A DNA stretch of 62,525 nucleotides, the filler included, from Stramenopiles sp. TOSAG23-3 (taxonomy: Eukaryota), in NCBI GenBank assembly GCA_900128585.1. It is 18 parts of 18 records of this genome, joined end to end, with 100 filler letters (N's around TTAATTAATTAA, not from the genome) between each part and the next. Parts side by side here need not be neighbours in the genome. Positions count along the whole stretch, not along the records: positions 10,476 to 13,865 come from LT644254.1; positions 13,966 to 17,351 come from LT644255.1; positions 17,452 to 20,833 come from LT644256.1; positions 20,934 to 24,313 come from LT644257.1; 14 more parts are not named here. One strand, 5' to 3'. Under the pieces are notes generated by a model. The model made no database searches and was not told the DNA's origin. It was given only the letters and a program-made list of their open reading frames with translations. The translations under genes were made by a program, and so were the position numbers. Of the stretch, positions 10,476 to 22,079 are shown piece by piece; position 1 is the stretch's first letter, and every line of letters starts with the position of its first letter.

Positions 10476-11476
10476 AATTGCGGTGGCCCAACAGGCTCAA
10501 CAGCATCACGAACAGGATGTTCCTTGATATCTGTTTGCATGATTCTAGACTTGTTGTCTTTAACGTGCAGAGAGCGGCCGACTTCATTTTTGGCGATACA
10601 ACTGTTCAGGTACCGTGAACTACTTTCTAATTTTTCACAATCGATCGTTTCTTCCAACTTTAAGTGGAGAGTGGCCCATCTGTCTTCTTCTAAGCTCTCA
10701 ATGTGGTGTATTTGGTAGGTACTGTGCACCGTAATGGATATAGAACAGTTTTCTTTTTCCACATGAATTTCGGATGGTTTTACTGGAAGGTCAGCTGGCT
10801 TCATAAATGTATGGGGAGTTTGATAGACTGCACTTGCTTCATCGTACGAATCCCCTCCGGCGAGGCTACGGTTACTGGCAACCATAGCATATTCCACGGT
10901 ACTTTCAATATCCTGAGAACAATTATTAACTTTAAACATTTCTGTTACAAGCTTTCTCAATCTAGGTTTAATATCGAAATCGGGAACTAAATCGCCGTTT
11001 AGTATCGTCCCTTTTTCTCGGCTTAAGTCGCTGATTATCTGAGGGGACCCGCCAACAAAATCCTTTCTTCCGATCAGGGATCTGTTTACTTCCCATTTTA
11101 AACCAGAAACCTGGCTTGTTATTGTAGTATAAGCCTTTTCTGTTTTAGCCGTCTGGAGGGCTTTTTTCATTGTCCTTATAACAGCTTCTTCGTAATAACA
11201 ACCATGACACACTCTCACAGCGCGCGACGTATTGAAGGTAATTGAGAGCAAATTCGTTGGTTCCACCACCCCTTGGCCCTTAGGAATCTCCAGTTTGTAA
11301 GGACTGCAGTTGTGACAAACCAAATTACCGCACAGTCTGCAATGATGCCTACGGTAGAAGAGAGTAAATTTGCTAGCGCATAAAAAGCACTCCTCCGCAG
11401 AGTTATCCTGTTTCCACATTGGGTTTTGGTTACAGCTGGGCGTGGTTAAACTGTCTTCAAGAACTATATATGACAT
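10476..11476 (-). CDS. FYVE zinc-finger protein, 3'-truncated
   Basis: WKQD...CFLC...FTLFYRRHHCRLCGNLVCHNCS...RVCHGC is a canonical FYVE (WxxD, RRHHCR, RVC). Confidence 0.9.
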
Positions 11477-12213
11477 GCTGTTTAAATATCTTGATTCTGA
11501 AAAAAAAAATTATTCGAAAGCTGACTCTTGAAACGGAAGACGGCGGCTGCTGTAGTAGTTTTCTTCTAATTATTAATAATCATCAGTCGTCAGCAGCTTT
11601 TTTTTATTTCGTCGTATTATTATATTAATATAGTCTACTAGTCGTCTATTATATTTTTTTTTTAGAAAAAAAATGATGAAAAAAAAGAAGAAATCCGCCG
11701 CCTCCTTCAGACTATGCTACCGCCCTGCAAAAACTTGATGACGAAAAAAGTTTTTATTGTTGTTGTCAACAAAACCAATTTTAATATAGTATTATTACCA
11801 TTACACAGCATTCAATTTTTGGCAACTTGTTTTTTTAAGTTTATTTTTTTTTCCAAGAAGATTCTCGTGGTTTCTAAATTACACCGAATAACATTAAAAA
11901 CGACATATTTTAGCAATGCTATGTATATGTATCCTTTATTTATTATTAAAAATTATCGATTTTCTGGTATACCTGGTAATACCAGCTACCGGGTGTTCAT
12001 TTTCGTTTTTTGTTCGAAAATAAAATAATAGTCGACCCGTTCGTTTGTTGTACAAATACCGGTACCAGGTACCAGGTACCGTATAAATAATAGTCTCGTG
12101 TAAATGATTGTTTCAATTAGTTTTATCAATTAACTAAAATAAGTTAAATATATTCGTTGAATAGTTGAAAATTATAAATTGCTTATTTGACTGGGTTTTC
12201 GATAAGTAAAATT

Positions 12214-13773
12214 ATGGACAGTTCTCTGACTAACGACCGTGAGCAAAGTCTTGAATTCAAAGGGCCTCTTTCTGTGGGCAGCCCAGAAGTGATTGACAAC
12301 TATGTTTATATTTGTAATCCTAGACAAACCTGGGAGATTTCACTTGTTGACGGTGACGCAAATTTGGATTACCAGTTTCTAGTTTTTCAATACCAAGTGA
12401 AAGCGTCTGATCTCCCTGAAAAGTATACGAATATAAGAAGGAAAATGGAAAGAATATTAAACCCGTACTTTTTGGAAAAAATAAAAGAACTTGTGGGGAA
12501 AAAAAGAAAAAGAGAAGTTGGGCCACATGACAAAACTACCAAAGAAAAAAAACATGTGTTCAACAATGGTTCAGTTAAAACAGTATTTTACTCAAAGTCA
12601 AAATACTTCCTTTACAGCAGCAAAAAAACTGCTGGAAAAAAATCATGGATTCGAAGAAAGTTTAAGTACAAAGGCAAGGTTTTAGATTATATAAAAGTTG
12701 CCCCAAGACCAACAAACAAAGAAAACAAACAAAAACGTTCCCGCAACTGTACGCTCTTTGGTCATCTAGTCCAAACCTCTGACAACAATTTTGTTAATCG
12801 TGACAGTTTAGAAAATGTTTTCCGTAACTCGTTCGGGGAATCAAGATACCCACATTCAAAGGACCCGAACAGAAACATGAGAGATATCGTAGCGTCGCCC
12901 ATTCATAGTAAAGAGGATAAAGCAGAATGTATAAGAGAAATTCTTAAAGAGAGGCCGCCGGAGCAAAGAAGCAAATGTTTGACAGTAGATGAATCAGGCT
13001 GCAATGCACTTCACTACGCAATGCTGCTTCCTGCAGACAATATGCTGGACGATGACTCAATAGTAAGGCTTATCAAGTTTTGCAAGATCAATGAGCAAAA
13101 TAAAAATGGGTACACACCACTTGATTATGCAGTAGCAAGAAATAAGGGCGCAGAATTCCTAAGGAGAAATTGGCATTTAAGAACGGGGAATGAGTTGGGG
13201 TATACTAGTAAGAAAACAAACCGCAATGCAAGCCAGCAGCTAAGAAGAATTGCTAATTGTATGGAGAAGTTTTCTATCTCGGACGTGCGAAAAATCCTTG
13301 GATCCGAACAGAATCCTTTTGATGCAGATGAAGGTGGCCAAAATGCCTTACACTGGTTGGCATATTACGGGAGAACAAGAAATGATCTTAATATCTTGGA
13401 AGAATTGTTAAAGAATAAAAAGTGCACAAGGCAGGTCATAAACCGTAAATCACGCATAGCTCAAAAAACCCCATTAATGCGCGCAGCTGAGTACAATAAC
13501 TCTAAAGTCGGTATCGAAATAATGATACTCCTTTTGAGACACAAATCTATAAATGTGAATGAAAAAGATCGCGAAGGTCGATCAGTATTGCATTTGATGT
13601 TACTGGAAGTAGGTCGTCTCGAGAAAGCGAAATTAATACTGGGCCAAAATGATACCAACAAGCATCTCCGGGATAATGAAAATAATAAACCAATTGATTT
13701 CTTAAAGTACTTGCCAAAGGAGGAAGGAAAACGTAAGCTACGGGAAGAAATAAAGAAGGCGCTTGAGTCGTAA
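12214..13773 (+). CDS. Ankyrin-repeat protein with an unrecognised Lys-rich N-terminal region
   Basis: GCNALHYA, GYTPLDYA, GQNALHWL, KTPLMRAA and GRSVLHL ankyrin motifs. AT-rich codon usage. Confidence 0.85.
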   Translation: MDSSLTNDREQSLEFKGPLSVGSPEVIDNYVYICNPRQTWEISLVDGDANLDYQFLVFQYQVKASDLPEKYTNIRRKMERILNPYFLEKIKELVGKKRKREVGPHDKTTKEKKHVFNNGSVKTVFYSKSKYFLYSSKKTAGKKSWIRRKFKYKGKVLDYIKVAPRPTNKENKQKRSRNCTLFGHLVQTSDNNFVNRDSLENVFRNSFGESRYPHSKDPNRNMRDIVASPIHSKEDKAECIREILKERPPEQRSKCLTVDESGCNALHYAMLLPADNMLDDDSIVRLIKFCKINEQNKNGYTPLDYAVARNKGAEFLRRNWHLRTGNELGYTSKKTNRNASQQLRRIANCMEKFSISDVRKILGSEQNPFDADEGGQNALHWLAYYGRTRNDLNILEELLKNKKCTRQVINRKSRIAQKTPLMRAAEYNNSKVGIEIMILLLRHKSINVNEKDREGRSVLHLMLLEVGRLEKAKLILGQNDTNKHLRDNENNKPIDFLKYLPKEEGKRKLREEIKKALES

Positions 13774-13966
13774 TAATTAAAAAAAAAATAAATAAAAGAT
13801 GAGAGCTAGGAGAGAAAATAATATAGAAATAGTATTGTTATTCCCTTTTTTTTCTTTCTTTTTTTNNNNNNNNNNNNNNNNNNNNNNNNNNNNNNNNNNN
13901 NNNNNNNNNTTAATTAATTAANNNNNNNNNNNNNNNNNNNNNNNNNNNNNNNNNNNNNNNNNNNNC

Positions 13967-16140
13967 ATCCAAAGCGTTGCGGACGGGGTTCTGAAATCAA
14001 CCATCAACCCATACGTTCGAGATTATCGTATTATCGGCACTCCTGCATCATGCATCAAACATGGCAACCCCTGCGGGGACATTGCTTCGTGGACATCGTG
14101 GATGGTGCGGATTCGAACTCTGGGCAGCAAAACGACTACGCTTGCAAACACGGGGAATCGTAGAGACCGCTTGGAAAATAAAACGCAGTACCAGAGCAAC
14201 AGCGAAATGTTTACATCAATGGCAAGACGCGACATTACCATCATTGTATGCAGACGGGCATTCATACCACCAACCATGGATACTGCGCAAGACATACTGA
14301 TTGTTTTTTTCGGCGAGGTAGACAAATATGGATCGAAGTCTGCCGTTACTATCCCCCAAAGCATACTCGATACGTTAACACCGACAATACGCGGTTTTGA
14401 ATGCGACGAAATAGTTGTCCAGACAAAAGCCGACGCACTTTTGCTGTCTGAAGAGGACTACAGTTGGTTCTTGTCGCGCCTGCGAATCAAGCCAAAAGCT
14501 TGGACTAGAGGATTGGAATTTTCCAAATCGTTAATATTTATGCTGGAGCGCGCAGGGCTGACCGGGCTCTTGAGTCATCCGAGCGCCGTCATGCTGTTTC
14601 AGAACATAACATTACGTGATGATCAAGAAGACCCTTTCGAATTTGCTAAGTATTTGGAAAAAGAAGCAACAGGGTTGCCAGATACAGCCCCGCCCGAGAT
14701 ATTTGAAGAATGGAAACGGAGGGTTTGGCGCTTCATTTCTTGGTGCATCGATGGTGGGGTGCTTCCTAGCGTTTTATCAATCCAGTCGTTGGTATATTAT
14801 TACAACGTGCTTGCAGGGCAGCCTAGGCCGCAGTCAAAGCTGAGTCAAATTTTTGAGAACATCCTTTATCTAAAAGCCCCAAACGAACCTTACGTTAATT
14901 CGCCATTGGTCGCGAAAGTGCGCGATGAACGTTTGATGCGCAAATTTACATTCAATGAATATGTAATGATTCGTTTGATCGAATCTGGGTATATGAAAAC
15001 AATCCTAACCCAGAATGCGGACAAAAGTGAATATCCAAGATTTTTAATAAGGTTACTGCAAAGGAAACCGACAGGCTCAGAAGGTAAATACGGTATGCGC
15101 TTGAAGTATTCCATCGCGAAACAAATCGTACAGTTCAGTATGACGTTCAGTGCGTCCACACTATCGATTGTCAATGAAAACAAATCAATTTCAGTCCGGA
15201 ATGAAAGCAATACAGGGCCCTTGGCAGACGACGTCTCTATAAATATAATCATCCCAACTTTATTCCGACTCTTGATAGAAGACGACGAAAACTTACAAAT
15301 TTTGGCCACTGTATCCCTGGTCAATTATACTCTAAAAAATGCGGTGATGAAGAACGTCATCATGGCAGGTGGTATTCTTCGAAGAATCATCGGTTTTTTG
15401 GTCAGCAAAAACAACGATTTGGTACGGCATGCATGCGCTTTACTGAACAATTGCACCAAGACGGAGCAATACCGCCAAACTGTTGCTTCCTTTCAAGTTA
15501 TCCCAATGCTCCTTTTGATTTTGCAGCCATCAACCGTACCTCCAACGTTTCGGCCCGTGCCGATTCTGGTAAATACAGTTGCAGTACTTGGAAACTTAGC
15601 TGCCGATAGTGGCTTGCGCGAAAAAATTCTAGAGAGCGTTGGATCCATAAGAGATCGCGTAGGCGCCGTAAGAGATTCAGTAAAAACGCAAAAGTTACCT
15701 ACCATTATAGTATTGCTCAGTGATTTGCTTAATGAAACTGCAGATATTGATGTGACAACTTCAGGAAAGAAGCACTTGGGTTCCTCCGTTATAGCCGGGG
15801 AAGCAGACGGGGAGGTGGGCACTTTGTCAAATGGCGACAGTAGCCATTTAGCCGAGGTTGAACCACTGCAGAATTTGTATTTTCACACTTGCAACACTTT
15901 GAAAAATTTGTCCGTGAAGATAAAAGACGGCGAGACCTCAAACAAACGCATAGCGTGCATTTGCAAAGTGTTATATTGGAGTTGTTTTACGTCCTCAGTT
16001 TTGATAAAGTAGTGCTTCATGAAATGTACAGCAAGTATCAGCTACGTGTTGTTCTAGAAAAAATTGGAGAAAAAAATGCTGAGGGTTTACAGCTAATATT
16101 GAAAGATTTAAAACGCCTGCATGATGGGATGCAATCTTAA
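13967..16140 (+). CDS. Armadillo/HEAT-like helical repeat protein, 5'-truncated, with an apparent frame break near 15955
   Basis: ARM-like segments (LATVSLVNY, HACALLNNC, TVAVLGNLA, TCNTLKNLS). The main frame stops at 16012, but a second frame (HLQSVILELFYVLSFD...MQS*, stop 16140) reads like the true helical C-terminus. Confidence 0.65.
15871..15950 (+). repeat. 80-nt exact inverted repeat, copy 1 (copy 2 is 17272-17351 at the contig end)
   Basis: gaatttgtat...aaacaaacgca is the exact reverse complement of the last 80 nt of the contig. Confidence 0.95.
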
Positions 16141-16286
16141 ATAAAAACAAGAAAATTAATGTACTGCGAACTGAACTCTAGCAATCTTAAATAAAGGCAC
16201 AATTTATGCGCGTTCAGTAATTATAAGATAAATTATGAAAAAACTAATTAAAAAACAAATTATATAGTTTATATAATCAAGTTAGG

Positions 16287-16364
16287 ATTAGGGTATAAGG
16301 AAGCTAAATTTAATTATTAGACTACTTAATATATAATAGTAACAGCCAATTTTCTTGTTTTTAT
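16287..16364 (-). repeat. Dispersed conserved 3'-flank element, minus-strand copy
   Basis: Reverse complement reads ataaaaacaagaaaattggctgtta...taattaaatttagcttccttataccctaat, matching 42811-42871. Confidence 0.8.
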
Positions 16365-16522
16365 ATTATTAATAATAATATTCATCATAAAACAAATTAA
16401 TTAAAACATACTATTCCATTAGTTTTTTTATTAGGATAACATTAGTTTTTTTATAAATATGTTTTAATACGCTCTCTTTATTATATGATATCTCAATAAG
16501 TTAAAGTTTTCAAGTAAATGCT

Positions 16523-17277
16523 CTAACTTATGGTATCCAACAACAGCGCAACCCCAGCCATTGTCCACCTGCTCGGAGGGCTTTTCGTTTTTAATTGCGC
16601 AACGAACACAAACGTTGGTCCTCTTTGCACCGTCTTGTACACTAGTCTTTCTAACAGCTGGTCCTCCAGCTCGATGAGTGTTATTTTGTATTTGTTAAAT
16701 TTATCCTGTAACTCCTGCTTTTGAGCTTCCAAATCGGGCCTTTCGTTATTAACAACACGGGCAAGCAGCTGATCCTCCAAACCGCTTTCAGTTGCAATGA
16801 AGTTCACCAATGTTGCTTGGGCAAGCACTTCTGGGGAGTAGTGTGGATTAGGCAATTTTGTGCAGATGTACATCTGGAATTTAGGGTCGTACTCAATCTC
16901 TTCTCCTGCAAATTTTAGGTAAAGCTTTTTCCCTTTCTTGAACGTAGCACGTGCCAGAACGGGATTCAACGTTGCGTCCAACTCTTCGCCTACGTTGTCT
17001 AAAATCACGGGAATTCCCATTGAAATACAATTTGATCTTTCCGAAACGGTAAAGGATCCAGCGGTAGGGTTCATTGCCGAAACATACTGAACATCCACTA
17101 CTCGCTTTCGAAATCCTAAATCAACACGGTCAAAAAATGTCCCATAGTCAATATGCTGTTTCAATAGCGACAAACTGTTCTGCGTGCCATACTCTTCTTT
17201 ATATGGTAAATTCAAATCATCAACGAAATAAATCAACTTTTTGCCAGTTGGCGGACCAAATGTATGGCCACTGCGTT
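16523..17277 (-). pseudogene. Axonemal dynein heavy chain mosaic: AAA3 piece + AAA5 piece + extreme C-terminus
   Basis: GPPTGKKLIYFVDDLNLP..YGTQ..AMNPTAGSF (AAA3). NVGEELD..TKLPNPHYSPE..GLEDQLLARVVNNERPDLE (AAA5). VYKTVQRGPTFVF..WTMAGVALL* (C-terminus). Confidence 0.88.
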
Positions 17278-17729
17278 TGTTTGAGGTCTCGCCGTCTTTT
17301 ATCTTCACGGACAAATTTTTCAAAGTGTTGCAAGTGTGAAAATACAAATTCNNNNNNNNNNNNNNNNNNNNNNNNNNNNNNNNNNNNNNNNNNNNTTAAT
17401 TAATTAANNNNNNNNNNNNNNNNNNNNNNNNNNNNNNNNNNNNNNNNNNNNACAATACAAAAAGGATGAATGGACGGTTTAGTTGTTTCTCTTTTCTAAA
17501 TGTGCAGGATGAATCTCTTTTATTTAAAAAAAATTAAAAAAACTTTATTCAATATATAGTGTTGGTTTTTAGAATTACGTATATTTACTTACTCAAAATC
17601 TTATTAAATATTTTGGACTGAGGACTGAGGACTCAGGAGGGAGGAGGTGTTTTAAAATAAAATAATAATTAATATTTAATAATAACTAATAATAATTAAA
17701 AATCAATTTTTATTATCAGCTCATCTCAT

Positions 17730-17910
17730 CAGAAGAAGAAGAAGAAGAAGAAGAAGAAAGAAGAAGAGAAGAAGAAGAAAGAAGAAGAAGAAAGAAGAAG
17801 AAAGAAGAAGAAGAAAGAAGAAGAAGAGAAGAAGAAGAACAAAGAAGAAGAATGCAAAATAAAATAAATAAATAAAAATGGAAGAAGAAGAAACAGAAAG
17901 AAAAAAAAAG
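17730..17910 (+). repeat. Degenerate (GAA)n purine-rich microsatellite
   Basis: Visible GAA/GAAA runs. A similar tract lies at about 39440-39530. Confidence 0.9.
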
Positions 17911-18433
17911 CAATATAAATAAATATGTTATTAAAAGTGACAGAAAAGGAAGAAAAGAGGAAGAAGAAGAAAGAAGGAGGCAGGCAGGCAGGCTCCTTTT
18001 TTTAAAAAATAATAATAATAATAAAAAATGATGAAGAATGATGATGATGGGCTGGTTAAAATGTATTGATTAATATTCCGACTTCCTTCTTTCCTTTCCT
18101 CTTTCTTTTCCTTTCCTTTCTTCTATCTTCTTCCATTTCTTCCCCCATTCATCATTCATTCACACATTCATTCATTATAATGTTGTTTTATTATTTCTTT
18201 TTTTTGAATTTTAAATTTTTATTATTTTATCATTTTATATTAAAATAATTAATAAAATAAAAGAAGAAAAAGAATCGAGAAGATATTCTATTCATTCAAC
18301 ATTAAATAAGAAAAACACGAACGCCATCGACACACGTTCCATTACTATTTCTTGTTTTGTTGCACTTCCCTTGTTTCTATTCTTTGTCGTTGTTGTTGTA
18401 CACCAAATACATTTAATCCTTCTACTCCTTCCA

Positions 18434-19495
18434 ATGCCTAAGAAACGAACCAAAGCGCAGGAGGAAGAGCTTGCCAAAATCAAAGCAAGGATGATGGGGG
18501 GGGCGAAGAAGAAGAACGCCCATGCCCGAGCGCCGAAGAAATCCCCGTCCCCCGCGCCGAAGAAGAGGAGGGCGACACCGAAGAAGCGCGCCAGCACGCC
18601 GAAACGTAACGCGCCCGGCAGCTCGAAAAAGGCGAAAACGCCGCCGTCGAGCGGGAAGCGGGGGACCCTTCGGGAAGTGTCAAAGGCGGAGGAGTTGGCA
18701 GAGCTCCAGAAAAGAATGGGGGGCAAGACCCCCGCAAAGGCGCCTTCCCCCGCAGTCAAAACGAGGCCGAAACGAACGAGAACCCCGAGTCCGGCGGCAA
18801 GCCGGCGCTCCCGATCCCCCGAAGATAGGCAAGGGGAGATCGACAGGATCAACGAACGGATGGGGCGCACCCCGTCCCCGGCAAAGGCCGCGCGCCCCAG
18901 CCCCCCACCGAGGGGGCGACGGTCCAGCAGCAGGGGAAGCCGGCGGCAGAGCACGGGCGGGACGGGCGGCAGCGCCGCCCCCCCCCCATCGCGTACCCTT
19001 CACCTTTTGCTTCCTGCTGTAGTTGCCATTTTGTTTTACTATTTGATGCCGTCCCTGCCGTTCGACCTGAGCAATGCCTTGCCCAGCGGAGCCGGCCCGG
19101 CCGACCCGTTCAAGGTCTTGGGGCTCGAGAGGGAGGACGTGCGGCAGCAGCCGATGGTGATCGTCCAGAGCTACCGCAAGCTTGCCAAAAGGTTCCACCC
19201 GGACCACTCCTCCGACAACGCCGACAAATTTCTCAGCCTGCACGAAGCCTACGGGACCCTGAAGTCGCAGTTCGCCGACGAGCTCGAAGCGGCAAAGAAA
19301 GAGATGCGAGAGAGGGACGCCGACGCGGACAACACCCAGGTCGTCATCCGCACCATGGACCCACGGGTCGCGGCCGGTTATGCCGAAACCGCAGTAACCC
19401 TGCACCGCGAGCGGAACAAGTTCAAAAACATGGGGCTGGGGGCTGTCATCGGTTTCGGGATCGCATACTCCGTAGAGCAGTTCGTACGAATTTGA
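18434..19495 (+). CDS. Membrane-anchored J-domain (DnaJ type III) protein with a basic K/R/P/S-rich N-terminus
   Basis: TM segment LLLPAVVAILFYYLM, then DPFKVLGL...YRKLAKRFHPD...FLSLHEAYGTL with an HPD motif, then a second hydrophobic segment at the C-terminus. Confidence 0.85.
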   Translation: MPKKRTKAQEEELAKIKARMMGGAKKKNAHARAPKKSPSPAPKKRRATPKKRASTPKRNAPGSSKKAKTPPSSGKRGTLREVSKAEELAELQKRMGGKTPAKAPSPAVKTRPKRTRTPSPAASRRSRSPEDRQGEIDRINERMGRTPSPAKAARPSPPPRGRRSSSRGSRRQSTGGTGGSAAPPPSRTLHLLLPAVVAILFYYLMPSLPFDLSNALPSGAGPADPFKVLGLEREDVRQQPMVIVQSYRKLAKRFHPDHSSDNADKFLSLHEAYGTLKSQFADELEAAKKEMRERDADADNTQVVIRTMDPRVAAGYAETAVTLHRERNKFKNMGLGAVIGFGIAYSVEQFVRI

Positions 19496-19762
19496 AGAGA
19501 AAGAACCCTGGCCGATAGAGGGTGTCGGCTTTTTTGATGTAAAAAGCACTTCACTTATCAAATATTGATATGCACCAAAAGTTATAAAACATAGAAAGAT
19601 TAATTTCAGAATTACGAGACGAGTACTTCTTCAGGTGGTAATATTAAGAGAGAAAAAAAAAAACAAAAAATTCGAGGAAGTACCATGTCATACATAATTA
19701 CACAACACGTAAGCCTTAAGAATATTATAAAAAATTTAAAAACCATGTATATTTTCGTTCCA

Positions 19763-20833
19763 TTAATCGGCCCCACCCCCACCACAACTGTACAAGGGCG
19801 TCGCCCGCCCCAACGACTCGGCGGACATGCCCCCCGGGGCGCCGCCCTCCGCGCCCTCGCCCTCCTTCTCGAGCATCTTCAATTTCGTTTCCAGGGCTAT
19901 GATCCGGTCGAACAGCTCGCGCTTTTCGATCTCTTTCAGCTTCATTCGGGCGTCGCGCTCGTCGAGGGTTTCCATCAAATTGTTCGCAAGGTTCTTCAGG
20001 TCGCCGACGGTGAACCGGGACACGTCCACCACCGCGGCGGAATCCCCGTCGCCGAGCCCGGCCGCCTCTTTGCTCCCCCTCCGTTTCAAACGGTTCTTCA
20101 CCCGGCCCAGCATGCTCGTGGGCTGCACGTTGTCGACGAGCTGGCGGCGGAGCGCGTCCTTGTACGCCACCAGCTCGTCCTCCGCCGCCCGGGTTTCGGC
20201 CTTCGCCATGGTGACCTGGACCTGGAACTCCCGCCGCTCCCGAACAACCGCCTCTACCTCTTCCAGGGACTTGGCCCCGCACACCCGAAACACCTTGGCC
20301 ATGTCCTTCCGGATGCTGTCTACCTTCTTCCTCGCCGAGTTCGTCTTTGCCCGGTCCGCCTCGTACAACCCCTGGACCGCCTCGAGCGTCCCCAGGGCCT
20401 CGTCCTTCTTCCGGAGCGCCTGCTCGCAGGCGCTGGTCATCTTGAGGGACGTCTCCTCCGCGCGGGCGACGCGGTCCGTCATGCTCGTGCACTCGGCCTC
20501 GAACGCCTGGGCCTTTTGCCTCAGGGAATCGATCGTCTGCGCCGCCTCCTCCGCCCGCTCGTTCATCGTCGACTGCATCCGGTCCACGCTCGCTTCGAAC
20601 GTGCCGGCCTGCTCGGACGCCGCCTTCAGGTCCCGCGCTAGCCGCTCGTTCTCTCCCGTCAGCGCCTCGTTCGCGACCACCAGGCCGTCCAGTTCCGTTT
20701 TCCACTCCAAGGACTGGGACGCCAGCGTGTCGTTCGACAGCTTCGTCTTGTCCAGGCGTTCCCGGGCCTCCTTCAGCAGCGCCTTGACGTCGCGCAGCTG
20801 CTCGACGACGGCGGCGTGCTCCTCCCCGGGGAC
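19763..20833 (-). CDS. Long coiled-coil protein, 5'-truncated
   Basis: Frame is open from the contig edge. Heptad-rich E/K/A/L sequence with strong GC3 bias. Confidence 0.8.
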   Translation of the reverse strand, partial: VPGEEHAAVVEQLRDVKALLKEARERLDKTKLSNDTLASQSLEWKTELDGLVVANEALTGENERLARDLKAASEQAGTFEASVDRMQSTMNERAEEAAQTIDSLRQKAQAFEAECTSMTDRVARAEETSLKMTSACEQALRKKDEALGTLEAVQGLYEADRAKTNSARKKVDSIRKDMAKVFRVCGAKSLEEVEAVVRERREFQVQVTMAKAETRAAEDELVAYKDALRRQLVDNVQPTSMLGRVKNRLKRRGSKEAAGLGDGDSAAVVDVSRFTVGDLKNLANNLMETLDERDARMKLKEIEKRELFDRIIALETKLKMLEKEGEGAEGGAPGGMSAESLGRATPLYSCGGGGAD

Positions 20834-20933
20834 NNNNNNNNNNNNNNNNNNNNNNNNNNNNNNNNNNNNNNNNNNNNTTAATTAATTAANNNNNNNNNNN
20901 NNNNNNNNNNNNNNNNNNNNNNNNNNNNNNNNN

Positions 20934-21006
20934 CTTCTTCTTCTTCTTCTTCTTCTTCTTCTTCTTCTTCTTCTTCTTCTTCTTCTTCTTCTTCTTCTTC
21001 TTCTTC
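20934..21006 (+). repeat. (CTT)n microsatellite at contig start
   Basis: Perfect CTT run. Confidence 0.97.
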
Positions 21007-22079
21007 TTTTTTATTATTTATTATTATTAATTACTATTGATTTGATTACCAAGAAGAAGTCGGAAGAAGAATGGAAAACAACAGCGCCAACCCAAGAAAG
21101 AAGAAGAAAGAATTTCTTTTAAAAAAAAATAGAGGAGGAGGGAGGAGAAATATTTACAGCAGGATAGCAGGATCAGAGCAAATATAGAGTAGTCGTCTTC
21201 TACCTCCTTCCTATACGTAGACTACGTATATTAATTTTTATTTAGTATAATAATACAGTATGGGTTCAATGAAGATTGGATAAAATTATAAATAGGGCTC
21301 TAAAAAATAAGAATAGTGATATATATAGAAATACGAATAGAATATACAAACTACCGTGGTATTATACCTTGATAATACCGTAGTAGAGTAGAATAGACAA
21401 AAAATGTCGCATTTTAAAAAAAAAATTAATTTATTTCTTTGGAAGAAAAAGAAAGATAGAAGAAAGGGACAAAATCGAAGGACCCACTTTTTTATTTCTT
21501 AAAGACAACAGTATAGTATAATATTTTTAATAAATATTAATAATAAAGGAAGAATGCTGGATCAATCAATCTCCAACCAGATTCCAGATGATGAGGAGAT
21601 ATTTGAATTTCTTATTAAATCTTATTTTATTAAATCTTAAAGACTAATCTCCTCTTATTTTTATTGTATGATTTTTCACAGCGAGCTGCTCCTTCTTCTT
21701 TCTTCATTCTTTTTCTGTTGTTATGTGTTATGTGTACAGTATAAAATTAGTTCTGAATCGTATAGCTCTCTATTATTCCTTTGTTGTGACCTTACCTGGT
21801 ATTAATATAATACACTTGTTGATGTAATGGAGGTTACATCTTTACCACTTGAAAATAAAAAATTAAAGACGAATTAGCTCTATTATTGATATATATTATT
21901 ATTAATTTATTAGTATACCACAGCATTGTAAAAAAGGAAAGGGAGGAAGAATGAATTGAAAAAAAAAGAAGGATTGAGATTCAAAGGAAGAATGTATAGC
22001 AATGATGGGAGGATAGGTGAACAATGAACCAAATGAATTAACAAATTAGGCAATTACGTTTTTAAGAGTAAGCATATGG

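Noticed and set aside
17716-18248. Short F/L/S-rich ORFs in intergenic DNA (also 6545-6940, 11714-12028, 39353-39568, 58546-58779)
   Set aside because: Translations of microsatellite or AT-rich low-complexity sequence.
19511-19535. Hairpin plus T-run resembling a rho-independent terminator (gccga..tcggc-tttttt)
   Set aside because: Eukaryotic context, short stem and a single instance; compatible with chance.
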